A program made the position numbers and the translations under genes. Below, piece after piece: positions 9,534 to 19,248 of a stretch of 61,044 bases of DNA. Source of the stretch: a virus (Duplodnaviria > Caudoviricetes). The DNA lies in IMG/VR virus record IMGVR_UViG_3300009508_001114, positions 1 through 61,044 of that record; one strand, 5' to 3'. Within the stretch, counting starts at the first letter, position 1; each line of letters opens with the position of its first letter. The notes beneath the pieces are model-generated. The model was not told the DNA's origin, made no database searches, and worked only from the letters and a program-made list of their open reading frames with translations.

Positions 9534-10378
9534 TAAGCTGATTCAGTCTGTTCTGCTTGCCACTCCAGAAAATCCTGATGTTCCTCTATAGCTTCTTTGA
9601 TAGCATCGCCATCTGGTTCAAACAATGACTGTGGGTCATGCCACTTCTTGTTCATCCAACTGGTTTGAACATACATGCCTTTACCAGTTGTGTCTGCACC
9701 GCTGAAGTCAATTTCCAGTGCTACACCATCGTACCAGTATGCTTCAATGATTGTTGCTAGATCTGTTTCAACTTGTCCAACACAAAACTTATCAGGATCA
9801 AAGTCTTCGCCGTCTGTGACAACATACACATCACCAAAGCCGCCCTTCTCTGCACTGTGAACACTTAGAACTGGAACAAAATGCTGTGCAGTCTCTTCCT
9901 CATCCCAGTCTGGCTCACTATGATTAGCGTAGGCTTCACGACTATACAGAGCATGGGTGTATTCATGACCTTGTTCAGTGTCGTCTAGCTCCTCATACAT
10001 ACTTGTGCTGTAATCGTAGTCAGTGCCTTCTTTCCAACAAACTTCGCCGTATCTAAGTTCAGCATCTTGATGCAATTTAATTTCAACTGAATAATAAGTG
10101 TTGTCAGCGTAAGGACCATTGATGTGTTCAATATCGTCAATCTCAGACCAATCTGGATTTGGGTTTTCTGGATCATACATTAAAGCTGGGCTATCTGGAT
10201 CACAATCTTCGCTATCTTCCCAGGAAACATTGTGGATATGATCCATCAATTCAGCGTCGTCACCAGGGTCTTCCATCTTGTCTTGCCAGTACTCCATGAA
10301 ATCTTGACTGACTTCACCAATGGTAAGTTCGCCGCCATAACGACCAGTGTAAATTTTAAAGATACGTTGATTGACCAT
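9533..10378 (-). CDS. highly acidic early hypothetical protein
   Basis: 281-aa Asp/Glu-rich ORF directly behind repeated promoter. Confidence 0.8.
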   Translation of the reverse strand: MVNQRIFKIYTGRYGGELTIGEVSQDFMEYWQDKMEDPGDDAELMDHIHNVSWEDSEDCDPDSPALMYDPENPNPDWSEIDDIEHINGPYADNTYYSVEIKLHQDAELRYGEVCWKEGTDYDYSTSMYEELDDTEQGHEYTHALYSREAYANHSEPDWDEEETAQHFVPVLSVHSAEKGGFGDVYVVTDGEDFDPDKFCVGQVETDLATIIEAYWYDGVALEIDFSGADTTGKGMYVQTSWMNKKWHDPQSLFEPDGDAIKEAIEEHQDFLEWQAEQTESA

Positions 10379-10413
10379 AAAAAAACTTCCTTCTTTAATT
10401 AATGTACCCGTTT

Positions 10414-10458
10414 ATTATAGCAAATATTCAGGATATGTCAAGCTATAAGTTGTTGATT
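10414..10458 (-). promoter_or_regulatory. repeated early promoter with IHF-consensus box (copy 1)
   Basis: AATCAACAACTTA-4-TTGACA-16-TATAAT with extended -10 TG. Confidence 0.85.
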
Positions 10459-10478
10459 TTATTAGGGTTTTATCTTAA

Positions 10479-10895
10479 CTATTTTACAAATTTTGTACTA
10501 TATCTTTGCCCATTATGGGTAAATGTTATGGTGCTGTGATCATAAACTTGATGTGATCTGACTTTGTATTTGGTTTCATTCTCACACACAATTCTGCTTG
10601 TGGCTCGTGCATTCGATCTTCCGTTGGCAATCAGACCACCTAAAATAATGCCTGCTGCTGTGGCTTCTGTGTCTTTACCAATGGCATTACCAATCGCTCC
10701 GCCAATGATTGCACCTTTAACTGTGTCACCAGTCTTGTCCCCACCTGAAATAACTTCTCTACAAACTTGCTCAACATATGGATCATAGATTGTTTCTGTT
10801 CTAAAATGATCCTCGATTGTGTGATTTTGATTTGCTGATGCTGATTCTGCTGCAAACATCAAAAGAACTACTGCTGCTACTTTCCTTAAATCCAT
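10479..10895 (-). CDS. glycine-zipper 2TM (YcfJ-like) exported protein
   Basis: Signal peptide; GAIIGGAIGNAIG...AGIILGGLI. Confidence 0.85.
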   Translation of the reverse strand: MDLRKVAAVVLLMFAAESASANQNHTIEDHFRTETIYDPYVEQVCREVISGGDKTGDTVKGAIIGGAIGNAIGKDTEATAAGIILGGLIANGRSNARATSRIVCENETKYKVRSHQVYDHSTITFTHNGQRYSTKFVK

Positions 10896-11254
10896 TCTAC
10901 AACTCCTTCCATTATTGGCTTAATTTTTTCATGATTATATCTTTCCACATCAGGCAAGTAATACATCCAGGCTGTTCCTAATGTGGTTGTTACCTCTGTT
11001 CTACTATAAAAGTCTGGATAACCTTCTATCCAATCCAATGCCTCAAACACAGCATCATCCACATTCCAAACTTCGCCCATTATTCTATTATTACCAGACA
11101 ACTTCGCTGCCGGAAACGCACCTAATGAAACCATATCAAATTCAGGTTCTGTAGTCATTGCTTCACCGTGTAACTTAGCTGTGGGGAATTTATCCATTCC
11201 TCTGATTACACTACCGGCTTTAAGTGTACCATATACAAAAACTTTATGCGTCAT
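10886..11254 (-). CDS. gamma-glutamylcyclotransferase (AIG2-like)
   Basis: VFVYGTLK, GEV, LDWIEGYPDFY. Confidence 0.9.
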   Translation of the reverse strand: MTHKVFVYGTLKAGSVIRGMDKFPTAKLHGEAMTTEPEFDMVSLGAFPAAKLSGNNRIMGEVWNVDDAVFEALDWIEGYPDFYSRTEVTTTLGTAWMYYLPDVERYNHEKIKPIMEGVVEWI

Positions 11255-11459
11255 TGATCTGTTCTTCCAATGCTTTAATACGTTGATTCATTAATGATAA
11301 CAGACGACTGCTGTCTGCGTCAAGTGCTTTTGCACTACTGGTTATTGCCATACCTTCGAGTTCATCTATCTTTGCATTGAGATCTGCAATAATCTGATTT
11401 TTCTCTGTGATTACTTCCAGTAATTCTATTTTGGTCATCTGTGTGGTTGATTTCTTCAT
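11244..11459 (-). CDS. coiled-coil hypothetical protein
   Basis: Heptad pattern; start at ATG 11459. Confidence 0.6.
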   Translation of the reverse strand: MKKSTTQMTKIELLEVITEKNQIIADLNAKIDELEGMAITSSAKALDADSSRLLSLMNQRIKALEEQINDA

Positions 11460-11473
11460 ACTATTACTTATTT

Positions 11474-11662
11474 TTATACTAATAGAATAAACCAAAATGC
11501 GGCTGCAATTTCAAACAGTTTACTGAACACCCACAACGCTATGGGGAAGATCAATAAAAATCCAATAATAAACAACAGGAATTTAAAAATAGCACCAATA
11601 AGTGTACCAGCAAATTTAAATGTAATAAAGACGATTAATAACAGTCCGAGTAATTCTAACAT
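11474..11662 (-). CDS. small membrane protein
   Basis: Entirely hydrophobic 62 aa. Confidence 0.65.
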   Translation of the reverse strand: MLELLGLLLIVFITFKFAGTLIGAIFKFLLFIIGFLLIFPIALWVFSKLFEIAAAFWFILLV

Positions 11663-12267
11663 GCTGATACCTTTACATCAAACATAATTGCTTGGTAAAC
11701 GTCCTCCCAATTTTTAGCACGAAGTGCTGACCCAGTGTAGCGTTTGTTCCAATCCTGCTCCATTAGAATGCTACGATATCCTAGCTCTAACCCTACATTA
11801 GCATTCTCAATCTTGTCTTCAATCCACCAAGCACCATAATGATTTTCTTGCATTTGAGTTAAAACCGTATCCTTGGGTGCGGCAGTGTCCAAACACATTA
11901 CATACATAAAAGCATCACCAAACAGTCTTTCTAAATTCTGCTCTCTGGCCTTTTTTGCAAAGGGATCTAAACTGAGACTGGTAATTGCTATAAATTTGTA
12001 ACCGTGTTTTTCATTTAGCAATCTGATGTAATGCCTGCTGTCTAACAAAGCATCTAGATAACCAATAGCCGCACTGTCATTAAACTCACAAACAAGTTGA
12101 CTAGCAATGTCTTTATTAATTCCAAAAGTTTCAGCAACACTGTAATTGTGGGTGGTGCTATCAATAGGTGACATACTTTTTTTAGTATGCATCCAGTGGA
12201 AAAATGAAGTTCGCCAATCGAGGCAAACTCCATCAATATCAGTTAAAATAAAATCTTTAACTTGCAT
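11656..12267 (-). CDS. HAD-family hydrolase (T4 gp30.2-like, putative nucleotidase)
   Basis: LTDIDGV motif I; WIEDK motif IV. Confidence 0.85.
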   Translation of the reverse strand: MQVKDFILTDIDGVCLDWRTSFFHWMHTKKSMSPIDSTTHNYSVAETFGINKDIASQLVCEFNDSAAIGYLDALLDSRHYIRLLNEKHGYKFIAITSLSLDPFAKKAREQNLERLFGDAFMYVMCLDTAAPKDTVLTQMQENHYGAWWIEDKIENANVGLELGYRSILMEQDWNKRYTGSALRAKNWEDVYQAIMFDVKVSAC

Positions 12268-12488
12268 TACGCCACTCTCTCTATTTTCATTTCACCAACC
12301 ACACCAATAACGTCAGTGGCATGTACCAAAATGCTCTCGCCAACTTCACGACTGATACCAGCATGGCGGATTTCATTTTCTAAACAGATTAAGTAGTTGA
12401 CATCTACTGATTGAGTAATAACACCCTTAACTGGGATATCACCCAAATACATAGCGAGAATTTGCTTACCAACTTCAATTCCAAACAT
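12267..12488 (-). CDS. early hypothetical protein
   Basis: ORF right behind repeated promoter. Confidence 0.7.
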   Translation of the reverse strand: MFGIEVGKQILAMYLGDIPVKGVITQSVDVNYLICLENEIRHAGISREVGESILVHATDVIGVVGEMKIERVA

Positions 12489-12490
12489 GT

Positions 12491-12602
12491 TTTTCTGCTC
12501 TTTTATTTAATATACTCAGTTATTATAGCAAAAAGGACAGATGTGTCAAGCTCTAAGTTATTGATTCTATTAGAGTTTTAAATTATTTGTAAGTTATTGA
12601 TT
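12491..12602 (-). promoter_or_regulatory. repeated early promoter with two IHF-consensus boxes (copy 2)
   Basis: AATCAATAACTTA at 12590-12602 and 12554-12566; TTGACA 12544-12549; TATAAT 12522-12527. Confidence 0.85.
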
Positions 12603-12622
12603 TTGTTAGTGTTATTATGGAT

Positions 12623-12841
12623 TTAGACAAAAGTTTTTTTAATAAACAGCCCTGCTTCTGACTTTGTTCTAAAATATCTGTTGTGTGTACCCAATTTGCG
12701 TTGTTTAGCCCATTGGGTGTCAAGAACTTTAATATATGGTTGGTGTCCGGGTGCTTCGACTAATTCGGCAAGCACATCACCATTGCGATGACTTACTCTT
12801 AGCGTAATAAAATTTTGATTTTTTACTTTTTCGATATTCAT
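12623..12841 (-). CDS. hypothetical protein
   Basis: ORF, likely ATG at 12841. Confidence 0.6.
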   Translation of the reverse strand: MNIEKVKNQNFITLRVSHRNGDVLAELVEAPGHQPYIKVLDTQWAKQRKLGTHNRYFRTKSEAGLFIKKTFV

Positions 12842-12842
12842 A

Positions 12843-13022
12843 CTAATATTTATCTTTCTTGTCACGTACAGTTAACAAACCCTGATATAAACTAAATATT
12901 CTTTTGTTTGTAGTTAGTTCTGCACCGTTAAAATCTACTATTTTTTCTTTACCATCTTTTTCTATATGTTCTTTTAACTGGCTTAGGCTACTCCACATTC
13001 TTTTTGTATAATCTTTAAGCAT
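12843..13022 (-). CDS. 59-aa hypothetical protein (not in ORF track)
   Basis: MLKDYTKRMWSSLSQLKEHIEK...; fills the gap between neighbours. Confidence 0.55.
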   Translation of the reverse strand: MLKDYTKRMWSSLSQLKEHIEKDGKEKIVDFNGAELTTNKRIFSLYQGLLTVRDKKDKY

Positions 13023-13494
13023 GTATTTGCTCCAGTTCTATTCCGCTCTTTAACATAAAATCTTTGCCAGGACCTTTCCTAGCTTGATATTCAATGCGGT
13101 AATATACCTTACTTATTCCACTTTGGTATATTAGTTTAGCACAGTCAATGCAGGGTAGATGAGTACAAAATATGTCTGCGCCTTCACAGCTTTCTGCACT
13201 GCGAGCTACCTTTGCAATAGCATTTGTTTCAGCATGTAGTACTTCTGGTTTACTCTTATACTTTACATATGTATCCCTGTCTAGCATATCAATTTCGTCA
13301 ATATGCTCTGCCCAATGAGGTAGTTCATAATCTTCGCATTCGTTATCCCAACCTGACGGCATTCCATTGTAGCCAATACTGATAATGCGATTGTCCTTAA
13401 CAATAATACAACCAACTTGTGCTCTTTTGGCTGAACTTAATTGTGCAAAGCGTTCCGCAACATCCATGAATGCTAATTTAAATTTATCTTTCAT
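13015..13494 (-). CDS. dCMP deaminase
   Basis: GYNG, LHAETNAI, PCIDCAK. Confidence 0.95.
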   Translation of the reverse strand: MKDKFKLAFMDVAERFAQLSSAKRAQVGCIIVKDNRIISIGYNGMPSGWDNECEDYELPHWAEHIDEIDMLDRDTYVKYKSKPEVLHAETNAIAKVARSAESCEGADIFCTHLPCIDCAKLIYQSGISKVYYRIEYQARKGPGKDFMLKSGIELEQIHA

Positions 13495-14012
13495 TATGCG
13501 GACTCCAACATCCATACGCTAAGTTCGCCTACTTCTATTCTTCCTGGTTGATTAATACACCAAGAAACCAGCTCTGCTGCTTGTTGTTCACTCATTGAAG
13601 CAGCAGATTTGTGATTGTCACCAAATCGTCCTAGATTAACATTTACCATTTTGCATTTACGTGGAAGGTAAAGTAGTTCAAGAAATTTTTCTCTAGCTTG
13701 TCTTTTAGACAATGCGTCCACATCTTGACGGCTACCGAGAGCTATCATGCTGCTTATGTTCACAATAGTTTTAGTTGGGTTGTCGTGCCACTGATGCCAC
13801 ATTTGTTCAAACAGATATTGCTGTGCTGTTTCATGATATGCATTATTAATAAACACATCACAATCTATGATTTGGTTAATGATACTGTCAGCGTCATTTT
13901 CGATCTGATACCCAGTACTTCTGGAAAATCCCAAGGAACCAGGGTATAGTTCGTATAGTGCTTTACCTAACCCTCTTGTATGTCCTGTTATTGCTAAAGT
14001 CTTATTTTTCAT
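13494..14012 (-). CDS. short-chain dehydrogenase-like Rossmann protein
   Basis: ITGHTRGLG, FINNA, IVNISS. Confidence 0.8.
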   Translation of the reverse strand: MKNKTLAITGHTRGLGKALYELYPGSLGFSRSTGYQIENDADSIINQIIDCDVFINNAYHETAQQYLFEQMWHQWHDNPTKTIVNISSMIALGSRQDVDALSKRQAREKFLELLYLPRKCKMVNVNLGRFGDNHKSAASMSEQQAAELVSWCINQPGRIEVGELSVWMLESA

Positions 14013-14166
14013 TACCTTCCTCCAATAATTTATATGGGGTTCCCGGTACTAAGTTTAATTCAATCCATTCTAAACATTTGCCGCAGCCAGACCCACATAC
14101 TTTACGTGCTTGAGGACTTTCTTTGTACTCTCTCTGTGTTATACTTTTACAAATACAGACATACAT
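14002..14166 (-). CDS. bfd: Bfd-like [2Fe-2S] ferredoxin
   Basis: MYVCIC...CGKC. Confidence 0.8.
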   Translation of the reverse strand: MYVCICKSITQREYKESPQARKVCGSGCGKCLEWIELNLVPGTPYKLLEEGNEK

Positions 14167-14167
14167 T

Positions 14168-14605
14168 TTATGAAACTTCTGCAACACGTTTTCTCAAACT
14201 GGTTGAACTAAAACTGTGGTCTCTGCCGTTGAACACAAGTTTAATACTACGTTGTTTACAAATGTCCTTTCCAGTAAACGCTTTGTCCTTGTATTCAACT
14301 CCAAGTACTCTCACATTTATTGGTAATGTTAAAAATAAATCCTCCAAATCACGTTCTGTGTTATATACAACAATTTCGTCTACATATTTTACAGCACTGA
14401 GTTGAATTTGTCTTTCTATAATACTTTGTACAGGAGGATTTTTTGATTTTGGGCGATCAATAGTGGGGTCGTTTTGCAACCCCACTATCAAAAAATCGCA
14501 GTGATGTTTTGCTTCTTCAAGCATTGTGATGTGTCCAGCGTGTAGTAAATCAAATGTACTACACGTAAAACCTATCTTGCCGCAATCCTTATAATCTAAC
14601 TTCAT
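14168..14605 (-). CDS. TagD-like cytidylyltransferase
   Basis: FDLLHAGH; C-terminal FSSTSLR. Confidence 0.9.
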   Translation of the reverse strand: MKLDYKDCGKIGFTCSTFDLLHAGHITMLEEAKHHCDFLIVGLQNDPTIDRPKSKNPPVQSIIERQIQLSAVKYVDEIVVYNTERDLEDLFLTLPINVRVLGVEYKDKAFTGKDICKQRSIKLVFNGRDHSFSSTSLRKRVAEVS

Positions 14606-15141
14606 GCACGTTTGGCTTGATCAGACTGAAGCCATGTTAGCATAGTTTGTGCGTCAGACACCATAAATGGATCGCTAGGGGAATTATCCATTAGACCAGG
14701 TTCTTGCCAAAGATTTTCAATAATACCATTATTTGCAACGAAACTGTATCTCCAACTTCGTGATCCAAAGCCTAAGTTGTCCTTGTTTACTAACATGCCC
14801 ATCTTACGAGTAAATTCGGCGCTGCCATCTGGTAACGGTTTTACATTTTGTACGCCCATGCTTTTTAGCCAAGAATTCATAGTAAAACTGTCATTAACAC
14901 TGAGGCAGTACACTTCATCAATGCCACAATCCTTTAACTGATTATATGCTTCTTCATATCCAGGCAAGTGAGTGCTTGAACATGTAGGTGTAAATGCTCC
15001 AGGTAATGCAAATAGTGCAATGCGTTTTTCAGAAAAAATTTCTGTGGTGGTTAAGTCTTTCCAAGCAAATCCAGGTTGTTCGTCTGTTTCAACCCTGGTT
15101 TTGAATGTTACATTTGGTACTGTCATACTAAACATTTTCAT
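14602..15141 (-). CDS. peroxiredoxin (Prx5 type)
   Basis: LPGAFTPTCS, SVNDSF, GFGSRSWRY. Confidence 0.95.
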   Translation of the reverse strand: MKMFSMTVPNVTFKTRVETDEQPGFAWKDLTTTEIFSEKRIALFALPGAFTPTCSSTHLPGYEEAYNQLKDCGIDEVYCLSVNDSFTMNSWLKSMGVQNVKPLPDGSAEFTRKMGMLVNKDNLGFGSRSWRYSFVANNGIIENLWQEPGLMDNSPSDPFMVSDAQTMLTWLQSDQAKRA

Positions 15142-15159
15142 GTGTGTCCTTATAATAAA

Positions 15160-15456
15160 TTATAGTTTCTGTGATTCCACTTTTAAATTATGTCCGTGAT
15201 AGTTGCAAACAACTATGCACTCGTTAACTTTTTGTTCAGCTATTTCGTAACTGAATACACCAGCACTAGCCTTTCCGCGGGTGTGCACCTCATTAGTTAC
15301 CGTTTTAGCTTCTTCGATAGTCTTATTAAAAATTTCAATTAACAACTGAATTACAAACTCCATAGGAGTGAAGTTGTCATTGTGTATCATAACATGATAC
15401 CTTGAAGGAAATTTTATATCAGTGGATGTTTGTGTCTTTGTTTTTGATTTAGGCAT
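15160..15456 (-). CDS. clpS: Clp protease adaptor ClpS
   Basis: HNDNFTPMEFV, VHTRG, YEIAEQK. Confidence 0.92.
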   Translation of the reverse strand: MPKSKTKTQTSTDIKFPSRYHVMIHNDNFTPMEFVIQLLIEIFNKTIEEAKTVTNEVHTRGKASAGVFSYEIAEQKVNECIVVCNYHGHNLKVESQKL

Positions 15457-15467
15457 AGTGTGTTTTC

Positions 15468-15493
15468 CAAAGAAGGGGGCAAAACGCCCCCTC
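15468..15493 (-). terminator. terminator-like hairpin after hsp20
   Basis: GAGGGGGCG-TTT-TGCCCCCTT then CTTT. Confidence 0.65.
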
Positions 15494-15497
15494 GCTA

Positions 15498-15965
15498 TTA
15501 CTGATTTATAGCAATGTGTTTTGGCTTTAGTTCTTCTGGAACATGTTGGACTAGTACAACCTTGAGGATACCATCCTTGAGGATTGCTTTTTCTACTTCC
15601 ACGTGGTCTGCCAATTTAAAACTTCTCTGGAAGTTTCTTTCTGCAATGCCCTTGTGAATATATTCAACAGTTGATCCAGCTTCTTCAGCTAATACGCCAC
15701 TTTTGCCAGTAATTTTTAACTGATTTTTCTCTACCACAATATCAATGTCTTGTTCTGTAAACCCAGCACAGGCCATTGTTACTTCATAGGATACGTTACC
15801 CTCTTCAGTTGTGAGCCTAGCTACATTGTAGGGTGGATACCCAGTAGCAGCAGGAAGGGACGGTGCGTCGAAGAAGTCATCGAACAGTTTGTCAAAGCCT
15901 ACGCTCATTTTGTATAATGGTGAGTTTATTAAATCAGATGTAATACGAAGTTGTTTGCTTGTCAT
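15498..15965 (-). CDS. small heat-shock protein Hsp20 (IbpA-like)
   Basis: YPPYNV, YIHKGIAERNFQRSFKLA, DGIL, PKHIAI. Confidence 0.95.
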   Translation of the reverse strand: MTSKQLRITSDLINSPLYKMSVGFDKLFDDFFDAPSLPAATGYPPYNVARLTTEEGNVSYEVTMACAGFTEQDIDIVVEKNQLKITGKSGVLAEEAGSTVEYIHKGIAERNFQRSFKLADHVEVEKAILKDGILKVVLVQHVPEELKPKHIAINQ

Positions 15966-16042
15966 GGTAATCTCCTTTTATTTAAGCAAGTTTACGTTTT
16001 AGTAACATTATAGCACCCTTTTGGCATACTATGTTGTTACGC
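15966..16042 (-). promoter_or_regulatory. ROSE-like RNA thermometer leader
   Basis: CTTGCT (15985-15990) can pair with AGGAG SD; upstream hairpin; GATAAATA at 16046-16053. Confidence 0.55.
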
Positions 16043-16084
16043 ATTTATTTATCTTTTGAATATAAAGATAAATAAAATTCTTGG

Positions 16085-16525
16085 TCATTTTGCCATAGCC
16101 GAAATCTCAGCGGCGTGTTTCTGATCAATAACGGGAACAGCATTGCTCTTGTGCATGGTTGCAATACCTTTAATAAGTGTACCAGTGTATTGTGGAGACT
16201 CTTTGCGTCTCATACTGTTATCACTGTTACTAAGAGGCTTTGCACTAGGATATGCATGAACCTCACTGGCACGTTCTTTAGCCATACTTGGGGCCGTTTT
16301 AAGCTCACCAAAGTCTGACAATTTAGCAGGGTTACGAATTTTGCTACGACCGAATGTCCAGTCTAGAAATTCATCAAACGGCATCTTGGGTCTGCCAGCA
16401 CTTCGAAGGCCACGATTGTGTTCTTGCCAGTCTAGCTGAAGATCTTTCATTTTGCCCACGGTTAGTTTCTTCCTTTTTTTGCTTGAGTTTATTGAAGATA
16501 GGGTACGCTCTAGATGCATTGTCAT
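16085..16525 (-). CDS. T4-like phage conserved hypothetical protein
   Basis: C-terminal YTGTLIKGIATMHKSNAVPV motif. Confidence 0.8.
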   Translation of the reverse strand: MTMHLERTLSSINSSKKRKKLTVGKMKDLQLDWQEHNRGLRSAGRPKMPFDEFLDWTFGRSKIRNPAKLSDFGELKTAPSMAKERASEVHAYPSAKPLSNSDNSMRRKESPQYTGTLIKGIATMHKSNAVPVIDQKHAAEISAMAK

Positions 16526-16526
16526 A

Positions 16527-16769
16527 TTATTCTCCAGAGATTATTTCAAATGCTTTATCCACTGCAAGATCACGTTGACGTTTACGCTTCTGGAAAAAAC
16601 CAACAACATCACTCATGGTCTCAGAAAAAACATACATTGTGGCAAACCAACAGCCAGAGAATGCAGTAGCTTCAATGATATCTGTAGCACTAGCCATCTG
16701 CACTGCTGCCCAAATGCAAGTGACAAACATGCCTATTGAAGTTAACGCAGTCATGATAATCCAACCCAT
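16527..16769 (-). CDS. membrane protein
   Basis: Two hydrophobic segments; GGAG RBS. Confidence 0.65.
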   Translation of the reverse strand: MGWIIMTALTSIGMFVTCIWAAVQMASATDIIEATAFSGCWFATMYVFSETMSDVVGFFQKRKRQRDLAVDKAFEIISGE

Positions 16770-16831
16770 AATAAATCTCCATGTAATGATGTTTAAATTT
16801 TAGCATATTTATTAGCGTTGTCAACTGCCGA

Positions 16832-17326
16832 TTAATTTGCCATTTCTTCCCATTCAGCCAACTGCTGATCTAATTCGTAGTGATCTACTAGATAACCTGG
16901 AATTATATCACGCACATTTTCAGAAGTTGCATTGTCATATTCATAATGATCGTCTGCTCCTTCTGAATTCCAATATCCTATAAAACACATACCTGACTCT
17001 TGATAGTATGCTTCTAGGAACACACCATCCATGCTATTGCAAAATGTTTCGTATGCTTCGATTGGGGGACTCCATGCGCTGTCAAACCATCCTGTGATGC
17101 TTGCCGTACCATCATCATTGTCTGTAAACTCTAACCCCTCTAGGCCTACGTCCCACTTCGTACCCCAGTTATTCACATTCCACTCATAAAAACTATTTGC
17201 AAACTGAGGCTGCGGCACGATTGCATTTAGCAAACCGCTTCCAGTAGCAGAAGCATCGTTCCAAAAAGTTTTAATGGTCTCAGTCTGACCCTGGATTGTG
17301 ATTGAATTATTGCACCAATTAGGCAT
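16832..17326 (-). CDS. DUF1281/YubB-like protein
   Basis: MPNWCNN, WNVNNWGTKWD, FDSAWSPP. Confidence 0.85.
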   Translation of the reverse strand: MPNWCNNSITIQGQTETIKTFWNDASATGSGLLNAIVPQPQFANSFYEWNVNNWGTKWDVGLEGLEFTDNDDGTASITGWFDSAWSPPIEAYETFCNSMDGVFLEAYYQESGMCFIGYWNSEGADDHYEYDNATSENVRDIIPGYLVDHYELDQQLAEWEEMAN

Positions 17327-17361
17327 ACTATTACTCCCATAATTTCTGCTGATAAAGTATT

Positions 17362-17407
17362 ATTATACAGGATATGTCAGGGGTTGTCAAGCTGTAAGTT
17401 ATTGATT
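17362..17407 (-). promoter_or_regulatory. repeated early promoter with IHF-consensus box (copy 3)
   Basis: AATCAATAACTTA 17395-17407, TTGACA-17-TATAAT; degenerate second box near 17432. Confidence 0.85.
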
Positions 17408-17435
17408 TTACATGAGGTTAAAATTAAGCTGTAAG

Positions 17436-18827
17436 TTATTTTATTAAAATATTATTCCAAATCAATCCTTTCGACTTAATTTTTTGATGTGCATCAGCAA
17501 TATAGTGTCTATTTAAATCCCACATCTTTTTATAATTGTGATTAGTTACATCTGAAGTTTGTGCTATTAAATCATGAAACTCGTCAATTGGCATTTTGTT
17601 AAGTCTTTCAACTTGATCATTTATTTTTAACATACGCTGAAGTGGATCATATTCGTTGTCATAACTTTCGTCCCAAAAATCTCCAAAAGTTTGAAAACCC
17701 ATTACTCTCATCTTTGCTAAAAACGTAGGCATAGCATATATAAAAAATGGTTGTTTAAAACACATCGCACGAATAGTTTTTTCTGTTAAATGAAATACGT
17801 CTTGGGTCACATAGCCGGATGGGGTATGATCATACAGTGTTTCTATAGTTAAACTTACTGAGCTGGAATTAACTGCATTTGCAAAAGAATTTCGTGTATC
17901 CTGAATCATAGCAGGAAGTTTAGCTAGTGCGGCAACCATTTCTGGCGGGGTACCCTCGCCTAACGTAGCATCTTTCTTTTCATACATTTCTCCTTTCAGC
18001 GTATACGGACTATTATCGCATATTTCTTTTGCATTATTTACAATCCAGCTATCCATCACATCAAAATATTCTTTATTACTTGATATTTGTAACAACTCCC
18101 TTACACGTTCAATTACTTCTCTAGTATCGTATTCCTCACCTGTGTAAGTATCAAATTTCCCCCAAGAATAAACTGATTCATTTAGGAGAGCCTTATCTTT
18201 TGGCAAAATCTCTCTTCTAATTAAATCAAAGAAAATTAAAGATCTCCACGGGATATTCTTTCTGCAAAAAAAATTAAAACGGTTTTTATAACTACGCAAG
18301 TATGCTTGATACTCATTTATAGCATTTACTATTTCCCTATCTCCAGTTTCATAAGTAACACCTAATATTCCTTTTCCTATAAGCATTTGTTCCAATATAA
18401 ATCTTTCGTATGTGTTTCCAGTCACAATAATTATATCCTCTGGATTTACTCCGAAGTATTGAATTATTTTTATAATTTGCTCTAACAGCTGAGTAGCTGT
18501 AATCCCAGTATCATAAGCATTAAAGTAGAATTTTATATTGTAGTTCTGTGCAACAAAGTGGATATCAGACGATACACTATATTTTGCTAGTTCCCACTGA
18601 AAATCCGATGGGATAATAAAAGAAGGCCAAATTATATTAATAACTTGATGTTTGTGCTCTTCTAATTGTGCTCGATGAAAAAATACTGAATAGGGTAGAT
18701 GGTAGTCTCCGATCTGCTCGTAGTTTGTATGGTCCCCAATAAGATCAACAGGCTCCCCTAAATAGCAAAAAGGGGGTTGCAGGTTTCCATTAGCAGTAGT
18801 TTTTAGTGGGTCATAAAAAAATATCAC
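17436..18827 (-). CDS. TEKT-motif putative glycosyltransferase-like protein
   Basis: LTEKTIRAM..QPF..GFQTFGDFWDESYD; GATAAATA at 18834-18841. Confidence 0.55.
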   Translation of the reverse strand: MIFFYDPLKTTANGNLQPPFCYLGEPVDLIGDHTNYEQIGDYHLPYSVFFHRAQLEEHKHQVINIIWPSFIIPSDFQWELAKYSVSSDIHFVAQNYNIKFYFNAYDTGITATQLLEQIIKIIQYFGVNPEDIIIVTGNTYERFILEQMLIGKGILGVTYETGDREIVNAINEYQAYLRSYKNRFNFFCRKNIPWRSLIFFDLIRREILPKDKALLNESVYSWGKFDTYTGEEYDTREVIERVRELLQISSNKEYFDVMDSWIVNNAKEICDNSPYTLKGEMYEKKDATLGEGTPPEMVAALAKLPAMIQDTRNSFANAVNSSSVSLTIETLYDHTPSGYVTQDVFHLTEKTIRAMCFKQPFFIYAMPTFLAKMRVMGFQTFGDFWDESYDNEYDPLQRMLKINDQVERLNKMPIDEFHDLIAQTSDVTNHNYKKMWDLNRHYIADAHQKIKSKGLIWNNILIK

Positions 18828-18944
18828 AGTAATTATTTATCTGTGGATACTATTAATCCTATAACTTTTTTGGTAATTTAATATCTCTTGTTGATATTGG
18901 AAGGATAATTATCCTGTGTGTCTGTACACACGAAAAAATCATGA

Positions 18945-19184
18945 TTATTGAGTTAAAAACTCCTCAATCATGATCATTGGACACTTTGATGCAGCTAATT
19001 TTGCTCCAATTTCAAGATCGTTAGTTAGGAATTTTTCCTTCTTTTCCATATTAACAATCTCACCTGAGTCATCGTAAGATACAACATATAGCGATGTCTG
19101 AGCGTTTGGGAACTTTTTAACCTGCACGTAGCGATACTGATTGACCATTGTGTATGTTTCCAGGTCCAGTAAACATTTGTTCAC
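18945..19184 (-). CDS. hypothetical protein
   Basis: ORF. Confidence 0.5.
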   Translation of the reverse strand: MNKCLLDLETYTMVNQYRYVQVKKFPNAQTSLYVVSYDDSGEIVNMEKKEKFLTNDLEIGAKLAASKCPMIMIEEFLTQ

Positions 19185-19248
19185 TAGTATAAGTAACCCT
19201 TATTTATTTGTATTGTTTATTATTATTGTTTGATAGGTGTCTTTTGGG

